This document shows positions 1 through 9,726 of a stretch of 36,291 bases of DNA, piece after piece (positions within the stretch are counted from its first letter, which is position 1; every line of letters starts with the position of its first letter). The stretch is taken from the NCBI GenBank assembly GCA_003557545.1, contig PWOD01000238.1:1-36291 (forward strand), read 5' to 3'. Below the pieces are notes generated by a model. That model saw only the letters and a program-made list of their open reading frames with translations, was not told the DNA's origin and did not search any database. The stretch comes from a bacterium (lineage in GTDB: Bacteria; T1Sed10-126). The position numbers and the translations under genes were made by a program.

Positions 1-837
1 CGACCTGGACCGGCCACCGGTTTACCGACCCGGACCAGCCAGGGAGACCTGCTGTTTGCAATTAACTCCGCCCAGGGGGAGTTCCCACTGATGGTTACCG
101 CCCCCCGCGATCAGGAAAATGCCTTTTACGAGACATTTCGCACTCTCAACCTGGCCGATAAATATCAGCTCCCGGTGATTATTTTAAGCGATCAGTTTCT
201 GGCCGATTCATCCCGTAATATTCCGCTGTTTGATCTGGAGAAACTGGAGATCAATCGCTACCTGATCGATCCAGATGAAACTGCACAAAACAGCCCTTAT
301 AAACGTTACCGGTTCACCGAGGATGGTATCTCGCCACGGGCCTATCCTGGCCAGTTAACAGGTCAGACGGTACTAATCGACAGCGACGAACATAATGAAT
401 CAGGACATATTATAGAAGCTGCCGAGATCCGGAAAAAGATGGTTGATAAACGAGCGAAAAAAATCAAAAAATTAATCCAGGAAGATCTGATTGAACCAGC
501 TTATTACGGCCCCGATGATATCGACTACCTGCTGCTTGGCTGGGGTTCTAGCTATGGTCCTCTAAGAGAAGCAATAAATCTGCTGAACAATCAGGGGGTT
601 AAAACCGGCTATCTATCCTTCACCGACCTCTGGCCTCTGCCTTCACAAAAGCTAACTCACTGGCTAAAAAAAGATGTCATACCAATAACTGTTGAAAATA
701 ACTCTGAAGGCCAGTTTGCCCGCTTAATCCGTCAGGAAACAGGCTGGGAAGTTCCCCATCAAATATTGAAATATAATGGTCGTCCATTTAGCGGCAAAGA
801 AATTTTTGACCGTATCAATCAAGAGGTGATCGGATAA
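1..837 (+). CDS. korA: 2-oxoacid:ferredoxin oxidoreductase alpha subunit (5'-truncated by window edge)
   Basis: Frame is open from base 1 (RPGPATGLPTRTSQGDL); also has DSDEHNESG, GWGSSYG and VENNSEGQF motifs; translationally coupled to the beta subunit. Confidence 0.93.
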   Translation, partial: RPGPATGLPTRTSQGDLLFAINSAQGEFPLMVTAPRDQENAFYETFRTLNLADKYQLPVIILSDQFLADSSRNIPLFDLEKLEINRYLIDPDETAQNSPYKRYRFTEDGISPRAYPGQLTGQTVLIDSDEHNESGHIIEAAEIRKKMVDKRAKKIKKLIQEDLIEPAYYGPDDIDYLLLGWGSSYGPLREAINLLNNQGVKTGYLSFTDLWPLPSQKLTHWLKKDVIPITVENNSEGQFARLIRQETGWEVPHQILKYNGRPFSGKEIFDRINQEVIG

Positions 838-1688
838 TGAAAAACCAGGATTTTCAACTTTCTGAAGAAACCGCCTGGTGTCCTGGCTGCGGGAACTTCC
901 CTCTTCGAGTGGCTCTGCAGCAAGCAGTCCAGGAGCTGGAGTTAAATCCCGACAACGTGGTTATCTCCTCCGGCATCGGGCAGGCTGCCAAGATGCCTCA
1001 CTACATTGAAACAAATGGTTTTAATGGACTCCACGGACGCTCTTTACCTCCTGCGGTGGGCATCAAAATTGCCAATAAAAATCTCACGGTCATTGTTGAA
1101 TCGGGGGACGGTTGCACCTACGGAGAAGGTGGCAACCACATTCTGCACAATATTCGCCGGAACGTGGATCTCATTCACCTGGTCCATAACAATCAAATCT
1201 ACGGTCTAACCAAAGGACAGGCGTCACCCACCACCGGCACAGAAAACAGAACAGGTGTGCAACCTTATGGTATAACAGCCGAACCGTTTCATCCGGTTAA
1301 ATTTGCCGTGGGAATGGGAGCCAGTTTTGTTGGTCGAGGTTTTGTCGGGAATAAAGAGCATCTGGTCGAGCTAATCAAACAGGCGGTCGGACACCGGGGA
1401 TATGCACTCATCGATATTCTTCAGCCCTGTGTCTCATTTAATAAAGTCAATAGTTACCGGTGGTATAAAGAACGAGTCTATCAACTTCCCGATGACTACC
1501 CGGCAAACAACTATCAAACTGCTCAGGAAAAAGCTCAGGAATGGGGAGAAAAAATCCCCCTGGGAATTATTTACCGGGAAGAAAAACCTATTTTTCATGA
1601 TCGGTTTGATTTTCTTGGTGAAAAACCTCTGGTAGAACAACCCGTTTCACCCCGCAATATCGAACCTCTTTTAAGTGAATTCAGCTAG
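837..1688 (+). CDS. korB: 2-oxoacid:ferredoxin oxidoreductase beta subunit (TPP-binding)
   Basis: WCPGCGN, SGIGQAAK, LHGR, SGDG..YGEGGNH, NNQIYGLTKGQASPT and LQPCVSFN motifs. Confidence 0.95.
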   Translation: MKNQDFQLSEETAWCPGCGNFPLRVALQQAVQELELNPDNVVISSGIGQAAKMPHYIETNGFNGLHGRSLPPAVGIKIANKNLTVIVESGDGCTYGEGGNHILHNIRRNVDLIHLVHNNQIYGLTKGQASPTTGTENRTGVQPYGITAEPFHPVKFAVGMGASFVGRGFVGNKEHLVELIKQAVGHRGYALIDILQPCVSFNKVNSYRWYKERVYQLPDDYPANNYQTAQEKAQEWGEKIPLGIIYREEKPIFHDRFDFLGEKPLVEQPVSPRNIEPLLSEFS

Positions 1689-1765
1689 CTACTAAGCTAT
1701 AATTATTTACTTCGCATACACCACAGACATAGTAGATAACATACCTTTAATACGAGGACTTTTAA

Positions 1766-4252
1766 ATGCCAGATTTTATAGCAGAGATTAGACGCAAAGT
1801 ATTTCTTTACGGACTGGGACTGGCTACATTTTTTATTTTTATAACCGGGATAACAGCATTACGCCTGGGGGATATTCAACTTGCCATTTTCGACCTGACA
1901 GCCGCCATATTGCTGATAATTTTTCTCTGGTTAAGTTATAAAAAACCTGCCTCTTCCCTGCCAATTTATGCTTCTCTTGTAGTTGTCGGACTATTATTCA
2001 TCTATCTATTTACAACCAAAACCTACGGCGACATGGGCTTTATCTGGGGAGTTCTTATTCCCATGACAACCCCATTAATTTTAGGCTGGAAACAGGGGAT
2101 TTTGGTGTCTGCTATATTTTTCGGCATCTGCACGTCAATCAGCCTCATACACTATATCTGGTTCCCGTTACCCGGCATCCCGGAAGCTATAAACCTCACC
2201 CGGGTTGCGATCATTTACCTGATTTCCCTGGGAATCTCAAGTTTTCATAGTTTACTAATCGAAAACTTCTATGCAAAAAACCAACAAACTGAACAGGCTC
2301 TCAAACAGAGCAAAGAACGGCTTGATACAGTTCTTGCCAATACACCAGCAATTATTTATTCCTTTCAGCTTGATGAACAAGCTCCAGTATTTACCTATAT
2401 TAATGAAAATATCAGAACTGTTCTCGGTTACTCACCCGCGATTTTTTTAGCTAACCCAAACCACTGGTACGAGTTACTCCATCCGAAAGATAAAGAATCA
2501 TATAAATCACTTCTGCTAAGTTCAGCCGATAGCGCTAACCCTCATAACCGGCACCGCAGCTCCGAATTCAGATTTATTGATTGCCATGGTAATTATCGCT
2601 GGTTTAAAATCAAACACCAACCAATCACCCACCACCAAAAAAAGGAAATAATTGGCGCCGGAATCGATATAACCGAACAAAAAAGAACGGAGAAAAAATT
2701 AATAAAAACAACCCGGAAAGCCGAAGCTGCCAACCGTGAAAAATCTCGCTTCCTCGCTCGAATCAGCCATGAAATACGTACTCCTATGAACTCAATCTTC
2801 GGGATGTCCGAACTACTAAAAGAAACAATTTTAACCGATGAACAGAAGCATTACGTAGAGATTTTTCAAAGTTCTACTGAAACGCTGCTAACGCTGATAA
2901 ATGATATTCTTGATCTTTCTAAAATCGAAGCCGGTAAATTAACCCTGATAAACAGTTATTTCGATCCAGAAAAACTTTTCACAGAGCTGACAGATTTTTT
3001 CTGCCCCCGGGCAATCGAACAGGGACTTAAACTAAATCTCTACATCGACCCCCGGAGACCCGATGAACTCTATGGAGATTGTGACCGACTTCGTCAGGTT
3101 CTAATTAACCTGATGGAAAACGCCGTTAAATTTACAGAAACCGGCGAGATCAAAGTCGAACTGCATCTTTTAGATAAAACTGACCAAAACACTACCCTGC
3201 TTTTCTCTGTCGAGGATACGGGACCCGGTATTCCTCAAGAAAAACAAAAGACAATTTTCGATTCATTCACTCAGGTCGATGAATCGCCTGCTCGTACACA
3301 CCAGGGCAGCGGTCTCGGGTTGAGTATCTGTAAACAGTTAATCAAAAAAATGGGTGGTACAATTTCAGTTAACAGTAAGCCGGGTAAAGGCAGTAAATTT
3401 CAATTTCAACTATCTCTTGCTTATCGAAACAGGCCGGACGATAGCCCCGACTTAAATCCGAACAATCTTACCGGGGCGATACTGCTTTTTAGTAAAAACA
3501 AAACATACTTAAAAGTTATTCGTCGTTATCTGGAATCAACCGCTTTAGATCTAACCACCTGTTGTAAGGTTGAAGAACTTGACGACTATCTGGAAAATCT
3601 TGAAGAATTCGACCTGGTTATCTTTAGTATCTGCTCAATTTCTGAAAAGATCAGCCAAGCAATCAGCAAAGTTGCCGAACTCCATCGACAAAAAATTAAT
3701 ATTTTCATGCCCTTCCATTTGATTGCAAAAAATCGTAAAAAAATTGCTGATATGCAGGTGGCTGATCACTGCCAGAGACCACTAACTCAAAACCAACTAC
3801 TTGAAGTTCTACCCAAAAAACTAACCAAGCCAACAAAAAATAGTCTGGATATCAGTAAAAAGAACGCCCCTTCAGCGAGACTGGCCGGCAAACTACTGAT
3901 TATTGACGACAATGCGAACAACCGGCTTGTAGCAAAAGGGTATCTGCGCGACCAAGAACTCCAGATCGAAGAGGCTGAAAACGGTGCCGAGGGTCTAAAA
4001 CTAATGCAAAAAAATCATTACGATCTTGTCCTTATGGATCTTGAAATGCCGGTGCTTGACGGCTACCGTGCGACCAACCAGTTTCGCAGCTGGGAACAAG
4101 AACACCGCGGCCACCGACTACCGATTATAGCTCTAACCGCCCACGCTATGGATGATGCCCAGTCCATGGCGCTTAAAAAAGGCTGTGACGATTACCTTTC
4201 TAAACCATTCAAAAAAGCTCAGCTGATTCAACTGCTCGAACAATATCTCTAA
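1766..4252 (+). CDS. Membrane-bound hybrid sensor histidine kinase (TM-PAS-HisKA-HATPase-pseudoREC-REC)
   Basis: About 5 TM helices, a PAS-like region, SHEIRTPMN, NLMENAVKFT, DTGPGI, GSGLGL, and a C-terminal receiver LMDLEMPVLDG...KPF. Confidence 0.93.
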   Translation: MPDFIAEIRRKVFLYGLGLATFFIFITGITALRLGDIQLAIFDLTAAILLIIFLWLSYKKPASSLPIYASLVVVGLLFIYLFTTKTYGDMGFIWGVLIPMTTPLILGWKQGILVSAIFFGICTSISLIHYIWFPLPGIPEAINLTRVAIIYLISLGISSFHSLLIENFYAKNQQTEQALKQSKERLDTVLANTPAIIYSFQLDEQAPVFTYINENIRTVLGYSPAIFLANPNHWYELLHPKDKESYKSLLLSSADSANPHNRHRSSEFRFIDCHGNYRWFKIKHQPITHHQKKEIIGAGIDITEQKRTEKKLIKTTRKAEAANREKSRFLARISHEIRTPMNSIFGMSELLKETILTDEQKHYVEIFQSSTETLLTLINDILDLSKIEAGKLTLINSYFDPEKLFTELTDFFCPRAIEQGLKLNLYIDPRRPDELYGDCDRLRQVLINLMENAVKFTETGEIKVELHLLDKTDQNTTLLFSVEDTGPGIPQEKQKTIFDSFTQVDESPARTHQGSGLGLSICKQLIKKMGGTISVNSKPGKGSKFQFQLSLAYRNRPDDSPDLNPNNLTGAILLFSKNKTYLKVIRRYLESTALDLTTCCKVEELDDYLENLEEFDLVIFSICSISEKISQAISKVAELHRQKINIFMPFHLIAKNRKKIADMQVADHCQRPLTQNQLLEVLPKKLTKPTKNSLDISKKNAPSARLAGKLLIIDDNANNRLVAKGYLRDQELQIEEAENGAEGLKLMQKNHYDLVLMDLEMPVLDGYRATNQFRSWEQEHRGHRLPIIALTAHAMDDAQSMALKKGCDDYLSKPFKKAQLIQLLEQYL

Positions 4253-4395
4253 ATCTACCGCCTAAATCAACTTCAGAAAAATCTACTTTTCTAAATCTAT
4301 CCGGTCAGACGCTTCTTAATCACTATATGAAACAGATAATTTCCTGGCAGGCCGGGATAGTCAAACTAATCTCTCCGGTTAGACTCAGATTTGGG

Positions 4396-4424
4396 TTGTT
4401 ATCAAGAAGTTAAATATCTATAAT
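4396..4424 (+). promoter_or_regulatory. Sigma70-type promoter for tRNA-Leu
   Basis: TTGTTA-N17-TATAAT. Confidence 0.6.
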
Positions 4425-4466
4425 AACTCTGGTTCTATTGTTCATCCAGTAAACCAATTAAACTTT

Positions 4467-4552
4467 GCCGGGGTGGCGGAATGGCAGACGCTACGGACTT
4501 AAAATCCGTTGGGCCATAATGGCCCGTGAGGGTTCGAATCCCTCTCCCGGCA
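4467..4552 (+). tRNA. tRNA-Leu(TAA)
   Basis: GCCGGGG/TCCCGGC acceptor stem, ACGGA-CTTAAAA-TCCGT anticodon arm, long variable arm, GGTTCGAATCC T-arm; CCA not encoded. Confidence 0.96.
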
Positions 4553-4584
4553 TTTTTATAGTTGTTCCTTTCCACTCCAGCCCC

Positions 4585-5076
4585 TCAACTCCTACAGACA
4601 CCTTCAATTTTCAGCAGCTCTATTTTCCTGGCCACCCCCCCACTATAACCCCCTAAATTACCTCTGGAACCAATCACTCTATGACAGGGGACAATTATCG
4701 GGAGAGAATTTTTCTTAAGAGCATTACCTACAGCCCTGTGGCTTTTAGGATGACCAATGTTTTCTGCCAGCGACTTATAACTGATTGTCTCACCATAGGG
4801 GATTTCCAACAGTTCGCGATAGACTTTTTTCTCAAATATTGTCCCCGAAAGCAGAGCTGGCAAATCAAATTTTTTTCGCACACCAGAGAAATATTCATTC
4901 AATTGGATAAAAATCTCTTTTTGAAATTCAGTACTGTTTCCAGTGGAAGAAACTTTTTCCTTCATTTCAAATAACAGCTTTAAAAGCATCCCCCCACGGG
5001 TAACCAGCTGTAAAATTCCCAGGGGACTTTTATAGAAGAAAGTAGCAGCATCGAGATTATTCAATTTATAACACAC
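4585..5076 (-). CDS. ogt: Methylated-DNA-[protein]-cysteine S-methyltransferase
   Basis: IPYGETISY, RAVGNA, PCHRV active site and LGGYSGG; start codon uncertain. Confidence 0.93.
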   Translation of the reverse strand: MCYKLNNLDAATFFYKSPLGILQLVTRGGMLLKLLFEMKEKVSSTGNSTEFQKEIFIQLNEYFSGVRKKFDLPALLSGTIFEKKVYRELLEIPYGETISYKSLAENIGHPKSHRAVGNALKKNSLPIIVPCHRVIGSRGNLGGYSGGVARKIELLKIEGVCRS

Positions 5077-5424
5077 TCCTCCAAAAATATTTATTTGTGA
5101 CAGGTAGACTGCCGGCCTCGATGGTCTTCTATATCTTTTGAAATTTTATTAATTCCCAGCTGTTTGACGTCCCGATTTTCATCACCACAAACTGCCACCT
5201 CTAAAATTATCAATTCAGCTTTTAACTTATCGCCCTTTTACAGTTGTTGGAACAATCAATTTAAGCCTTTTTAATTTGCCTGAAAAGATGGTATCTACTT
5301 CTCCACCTCAGATGAAGAGATTGCTACCAACTCATGCTGTGATTTTCCTGAATAATCGATGATTACTATAGAACCCACCTGCCTGAAAACAATCTGTCCT
5401 ATGTTGCCAATTGAAACTATTTTT

Positions 5425-5453
5425 TTGAAAAACACTGATTAAAGATGTATACT
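5425..5453 (+). promoter_or_regulatory. Sigma70-type promoter for the LRR protein gene
   Basis: TTGAAA-N17-TATACT. Confidence 0.55.
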
Positions 5454-5493
5454 TTAATAAAGACTTTAATTATAACAGTTTGAAAGGCAAATT

Positions 5494-7851
5494 ATGCTTA
5501 AAATCCCCGGGATTAAATCCTCCGTAATCTTCCTTATATTTATTCTTAGCTTTAGCCTCTTACTCTTAAACCCTGGTACTGTTCGAGGAGAAACAACTCC
5601 CGAAAACTATTTCGAATTTGACCCGGCCACCGGCACTATTACCCAGTATTACCCCACCGGCTTAGCCGGGGACTCTCCAGAAATACTCGCCCCGGTAATT
5701 CCCAATAAAATTAGTGGTGAGACCGTCTTAATTATTGGCATGGGAGATTGGAATGATCCTGTCGGTTTCTCCAACATGGGTCTAACTGCCGTAACCTTCC
5801 CAGATTCTATTTTAAACATCGGAAACAAGGCCTTCTTCGCCAACCCAATCCAACAAGTTATCATCCCTGATTCAGTTATCACAATACAGGATCGTGCCTT
5901 TAACGACAATTCCATAACCACCCTCACCCTGGGTAATTCATTAGAAAGTTTGGGGCTAAACGCCTTCGAAAATAACCTTCTTACCGAACTGATCATTCCT
6001 GATTCTGTCGTTCATATGGGAATGGCCGCTTTTCGAGATAACTCCATAGAATCGCTGGTCATCGGTAGCTCTCTCACTGTTTTAAATCAGGCCGCCTTTT
6101 CTTTTAATTCACTCAAAAATCTGGTTATCCCTAATACTGTTATCGAAATAGGCAATTGGACCTTTCGAGACAACTATATCGAATCACTGACTCTGGGTGA
6201 TTCTCTCACAACCATAGGTCACACTGCATTTCGTAACAATTTGATTTCAGAGCTACAGCTCCCGGATTCTCTTACTGTAATCGATATGAGTGCTTTTTGG
6301 GGCAATCAACTTACCGAAATAACCATCCCGGAATCTGTCACTGAAATTCGTGATTCTGCCTTCCGCGACAATTCCATAACAAAGGTAACTATTGGCAGTG
6401 ATGTTATACTGGGAGACAATTTTTCCCTGGGAAATGTTGGTAATTTTACAGCAGATTACGGGGCCAACAACTCCCTGGCCGGCAGCTATCAATGGCATCA
6501 AAACAGCTTCCAATGGCTCCATCTAACCCCTGAAGAATATTTTGAATTTGACCCTTTAACCGGAACCATAACTCAGTACTACCCTACCGGTATCAGTGGT
6601 GATTCTCCTGAAATACTCTCCCCGGTAATTCCTGAAAAAATAGCCGGGATAACCGTTGAGATTATCGGCCCCGGTGACGATAACGATCCAATCGGATTTG
6701 CCAACATGGATCTTAATGGTGTAATCTTTCCCGACTCTCTCACTGCAATTGAAAATTATGCTTTTGCCCATAACAATATTGCCAGCATCACAATCCCCGA
6801 CTCCACCACCACTATCGGTGTCGGGGCCTTTCGCAACAACATTCTAACTACAGTAACAGTTCCCCCTGGTATTACTGAAATAAAAGATTTCACCTTCGCT
6901 CGAAATAATCTAACCACCGCTACAATTCCCGCCACTGTAACCCGAATCGGCCACTCGGCTTTTTACGATAACAACATTACACAGCTCACTCTCGGCCCAT
7001 CTATCACTGAAATAAGTCATTATGCTTACGCTTACAACGATATGCTCGAATTACAGCTGCCACCCTCGATTTCCCAGCTGGGCAGCCATTCCTTCGCTTT
7101 TAACTCCCTGACAGCCATCGAACTTCCCACCACCCTCAGCGCAGTTACAGACTGGGCTTTCTATAGGAATTCTTTAACCGAAGTAAAGCTTGGTTCAGGG
7201 GTCAGTATCGGAAATATTGCATCACTCGGTGATAACGGTAATTTCAAGGCAGATTATCTGGCCAACAACTCCTATCCCGGCACTTATCTGTGGGATGCGA
7301 CATCCGGCCAGTGGAGCTATCGTTATAAACTATTAACTATAAACATCCTTGGCAACGGCAGCGTCACGGTTGATCCCGACCTTGACAAATACATCTATAA
7401 CACCGAACTGCTGCTTACAGCAATTCCCGGTTCCGGAATGATTTTCCAGGGCTGGACCGGCGACCTAACCTCTGCAGATAGTGAAATAACAATAATTATG
7501 AATCAGGATAGACAGTGCACAGCCCTCTTTCAGGCCACAATCGGTCAACCCTCTAAGCCTTCTAAAGTAATCGTTGGTCCCAATCCCTTCCGCTTCAGTG
7601 ACGGCGATCCGGCGACCGGCGATAACTCAATGCATTTCGCTTTCAACTCTCCCAATAATGGTCCGTTTGAGCTGGAAATTTACACGATTATCGGAACTCT
7701 GGTCTACAACACAATAACCCACAACGATCCCTATGAATGGAATCTCCGCAACAATTCAGGCAACACCCTGAGCAGTGGCTATTACATCTACCGCGTCAAA
7801 GACAGATCAACCGGCAAGAGCGAGACCGGACGGCTGGCAATCATAAGATAA
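5494..7851 (+). CDS. Secreted BspA/TpLRR leucine-rich-repeat protein with an InlB-B-like repeat and a T9SS type A/FlgD-Ig-like C-terminal domain
   Basis: Signal peptide; ~22-aa repeats (IPDSVxxIGxxAFxxNxL); GNGSVTVDP..LTAIPGSGMIFQGWTGD module; C-terminal VGPNPF..IYTIIGTLV..WNLRNNSG..SSGYYIY. Confidence 0.85.
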   Translation: MLKIPGIKSSVIFLIFILSFSLLLLNPGTVRGETTPENYFEFDPATGTITQYYPTGLAGDSPEILAPVIPNKISGETVLIIGMGDWNDPVGFSNMGLTAVTFPDSILNIGNKAFFANPIQQVIIPDSVITIQDRAFNDNSITTLTLGNSLESLGLNAFENNLLTELIIPDSVVHMGMAAFRDNSIESLVIGSSLTVLNQAAFSFNSLKNLVIPNTVIEIGNWTFRDNYIESLTLGDSLTTIGHTAFRNNLISELQLPDSLTVIDMSAFWGNQLTEITIPESVTEIRDSAFRDNSITKVTIGSDVILGDNFSLGNVGNFTADYGANNSLAGSYQWHQNSFQWLHLTPEEYFEFDPLTGTITQYYPTGISGDSPEILSPVIPEKIAGITVEIIGPGDDNDPIGFANMDLNGVIFPDSLTAIENYAFAHNNIASITIPDSTTTIGVGAFRNNILTTVTVPPGITEIKDFTFARNNLTTATIPATVTRIGHSAFYDNNITQLTLGPSITEISHYAYAYNDMLELQLPPSISQLGSHSFAFNSLTAIELPTTLSAVTDWAFYRNSLTEVKLGSGVSIGNIASLGDNGNFKADYLANNSYPGTYLWDATSGQWSYRYKLLTINILGNGSVTVDPDLDKYIYNTELLLTAIPGSGMIFQGWTGDLTSADSEITIIMNQDRQCTALFQATIGQPSKPSKVIVGPNPFRFSDGDPATGDNSMHFAFNSPNNGPFELEIYTIIGTLVYNTITHNDPYEWNLRNNSGNTLSSGYYIYRVKDRSTGKSETGRLAIIR

Positions 7852-8125
7852 ACAACGTAATTCGCTCTTTTTATTGTGCGGACAAAATATGTTTTTTCTT
7901 TAAACCCTCGATAGAAGCTTGATATTATTTAAAATGTTGTTGGTTAAAAATCGTAATATAGAAGCCTATTTGGCTCTCTTTACTAATTTCAACTTCCCAA
8001 TCAACCATTTTATTTGTTTTAATAATTTTCAGTTCTCCTGGCACTCTGCTAGCGCTGAAGATTCAATGAAACTCGCGAAATTCCTTTAAGATTACTTGTT
8101 TATTTTAAGATAACAGGTGTATTTA

Positions 8126-8608
8126 ATGAAAATAGGATTGATTTCAGATACACATGGCAACATGCAAGCACTATCCCAGGCAATTAGACTATTTCATGAG
8201 AAAACAATTCAACTACTCATCCACACCGGTGACGTAACCCGGCCCCGTCATCTAAAGCCCCTGCTTGAAGCGGGCTGGCCAGTCCAGCTTGCGATCGGTA
8301 ACATGGATTCCCCGGCAGAAAATTTTCAACATCTAACTACTATTTATAACTTAACACTTCACACTATCTCTGGCACAATAAAAATCAACAACCACCAGCT
8401 GGGCATCACCCACGGTCATCTCGATTCCGCGTTGCGACTGCTCCAGAAGGATAATTTCGACCTGATTATTCACGGTCACACCCACGAACGGCGTGATCAA
8501 CAGATCAACGGAACACGTATAATAAACCCTGGAGCAGCAACTTCACCGGGAAACTCCTGCGCTATACTTGATTTAAATAGTAACCACCTGTCCTTTTATT
8601 CTCTTTAA
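8126..8608 (+). CDS. YfcE/MJ0936-family metallophosphoesterase
   Basis: ISDTHGN, HTGD, GNMD, THGH, HGHTH and INPG motifs. Confidence 0.92.
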   Translation: MKIGLISDTHGNMQALSQAIRLFHEKTIQLLIHTGDVTRPRHLKPLLEAGWPVQLAIGNMDSPAENFQHLTTIYNLTLHTISGTIKINNHQLGITHGHLDSALRLLQKDNFDLIIHGHTHERRDQQINGTRIINPGAATSPGNSCAILDLNSNHLSFYSL

Positions 8609-8668
8609 AATTTGTTTTTTAGATCTGCCGGGAGTAATCTTTAATTCAAAATTCAAGGAAATTGAACT

Positions 8669-9687
8669 ATGCATCAAAAAGAATTAGTGGAGAAATCAAA
8701 CGCTTTTAATTATGATTTTTTCAAACCCGCCTGGTGGCTTAGCGGATCTCACATGCAAACAATCGGCGGATGGTTTTTACGACAATTTACAACTATTACT
8801 TACAGTCGTAAAAAGCTTGAACTTTCCGATGGTGATTTTCTAAATCTCGATATCTATCGCCTGATTACCAATCTAGGGGGGAAGAAACTTTCCGGGCTGT
8901 AGTTGTTCTCATTCATGGTCTGGAAGGCTCGTCACAATCTGGCTATATCAAACAGCTAGCCCACCGGCTGGAGAAGAAAGAAATCCTGACAATAGCAATG
9001 AATTTACGCAGTTGCGGTGGAGAACTGAATCGTAAAAACCGCTTTTACTGCGCCGATGACAGCAATGATCTGGCCGAACTTCTGGACTGGTGTGCCGACA
9101 GTTTCCCCGGCAAACCAGTTCTGGGTGCCGGTTTCTCTCTGGGCGGGCTGCTGCTGATCAAATATCTGGGAGAACAACAAAAAAATAGCCGCCTGAAAGT
9201 AGCTGTTGTAACATCTGCACCACTCAATTTAGAGCGCGGAATCAAGCAAATCGAATCTGGCTTTTCTCAACTCTACAATAAATTTCTCACTAAATATTTA
9301 GATCGCAAAGCTCGCCTCAAAATAGAGTCTAATAACTATGAGCTGCCGGTGGACAATCTAAATAAGCTGAGAAGTATAAAGGATTTTGACGAAATGATTA
9401 CCGGGCCACTCTGCGGTTTTGACAGCGCCAGAGAATATTATAGCTCCTGTAGTGCAAATAATTTTATTCCCCGGATACAGACCCCAACTTTATTAATCCA
9501 GGCCTGTACTGATCCTCTTATAGCTCTGGATCAAGAGATCATTCAACAGATCAACAATTCACAATTCACCCGGTTAATTAAATTAAATAATGGTGGACAT
9601 ATGGGTTTTATAAGCGGAAAAATTCCCCTGCGTCCAACTTACTGGCTGGAGGAAACAGGAACCGGTTTTTTTGCTGAATTTTGCTAA
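8669..9687 (+). pseudogene. YheT-family alpha/beta hydrolase split by a single frameshift at about 8855-8881
   Basis: 5' ORF has PAWWLSGSHMQT..DGDFLNLD; the other frame continues VVVLIHGLEGSSQSGY..GFSLGG..DP..GGHMGF. Confidence 0.8.
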
Positions 9688-9726
9688 ATAATTTCAAATT
9701 AGCCTCTATCCTTACCGATTTTATTT

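Noticed and set aside
3470-3820. Degenerate internal receiver domain in the hybrid kinase
   Set aside because: Pseudo-receiver domains are common in hybrid kinases.
4465-4656. 63-aa ORF
   Set aside because: It overlaps tRNA-Leu and ogt; spurious.
5090-5390. Interrupted coding-like frames on the minus strand upstream of ogt
   Set aside because: Short, broken by stops and with no recognisable motif; a pseudogene cannot be supported without a search.
5800-7200. Periodic ~66-nt pattern as a CRISPR array or DGR template
   Set aside because: The periodicity is protein-level LRR with divergent codons; there are no identical repeats, cas genes or reverse transcriptase.
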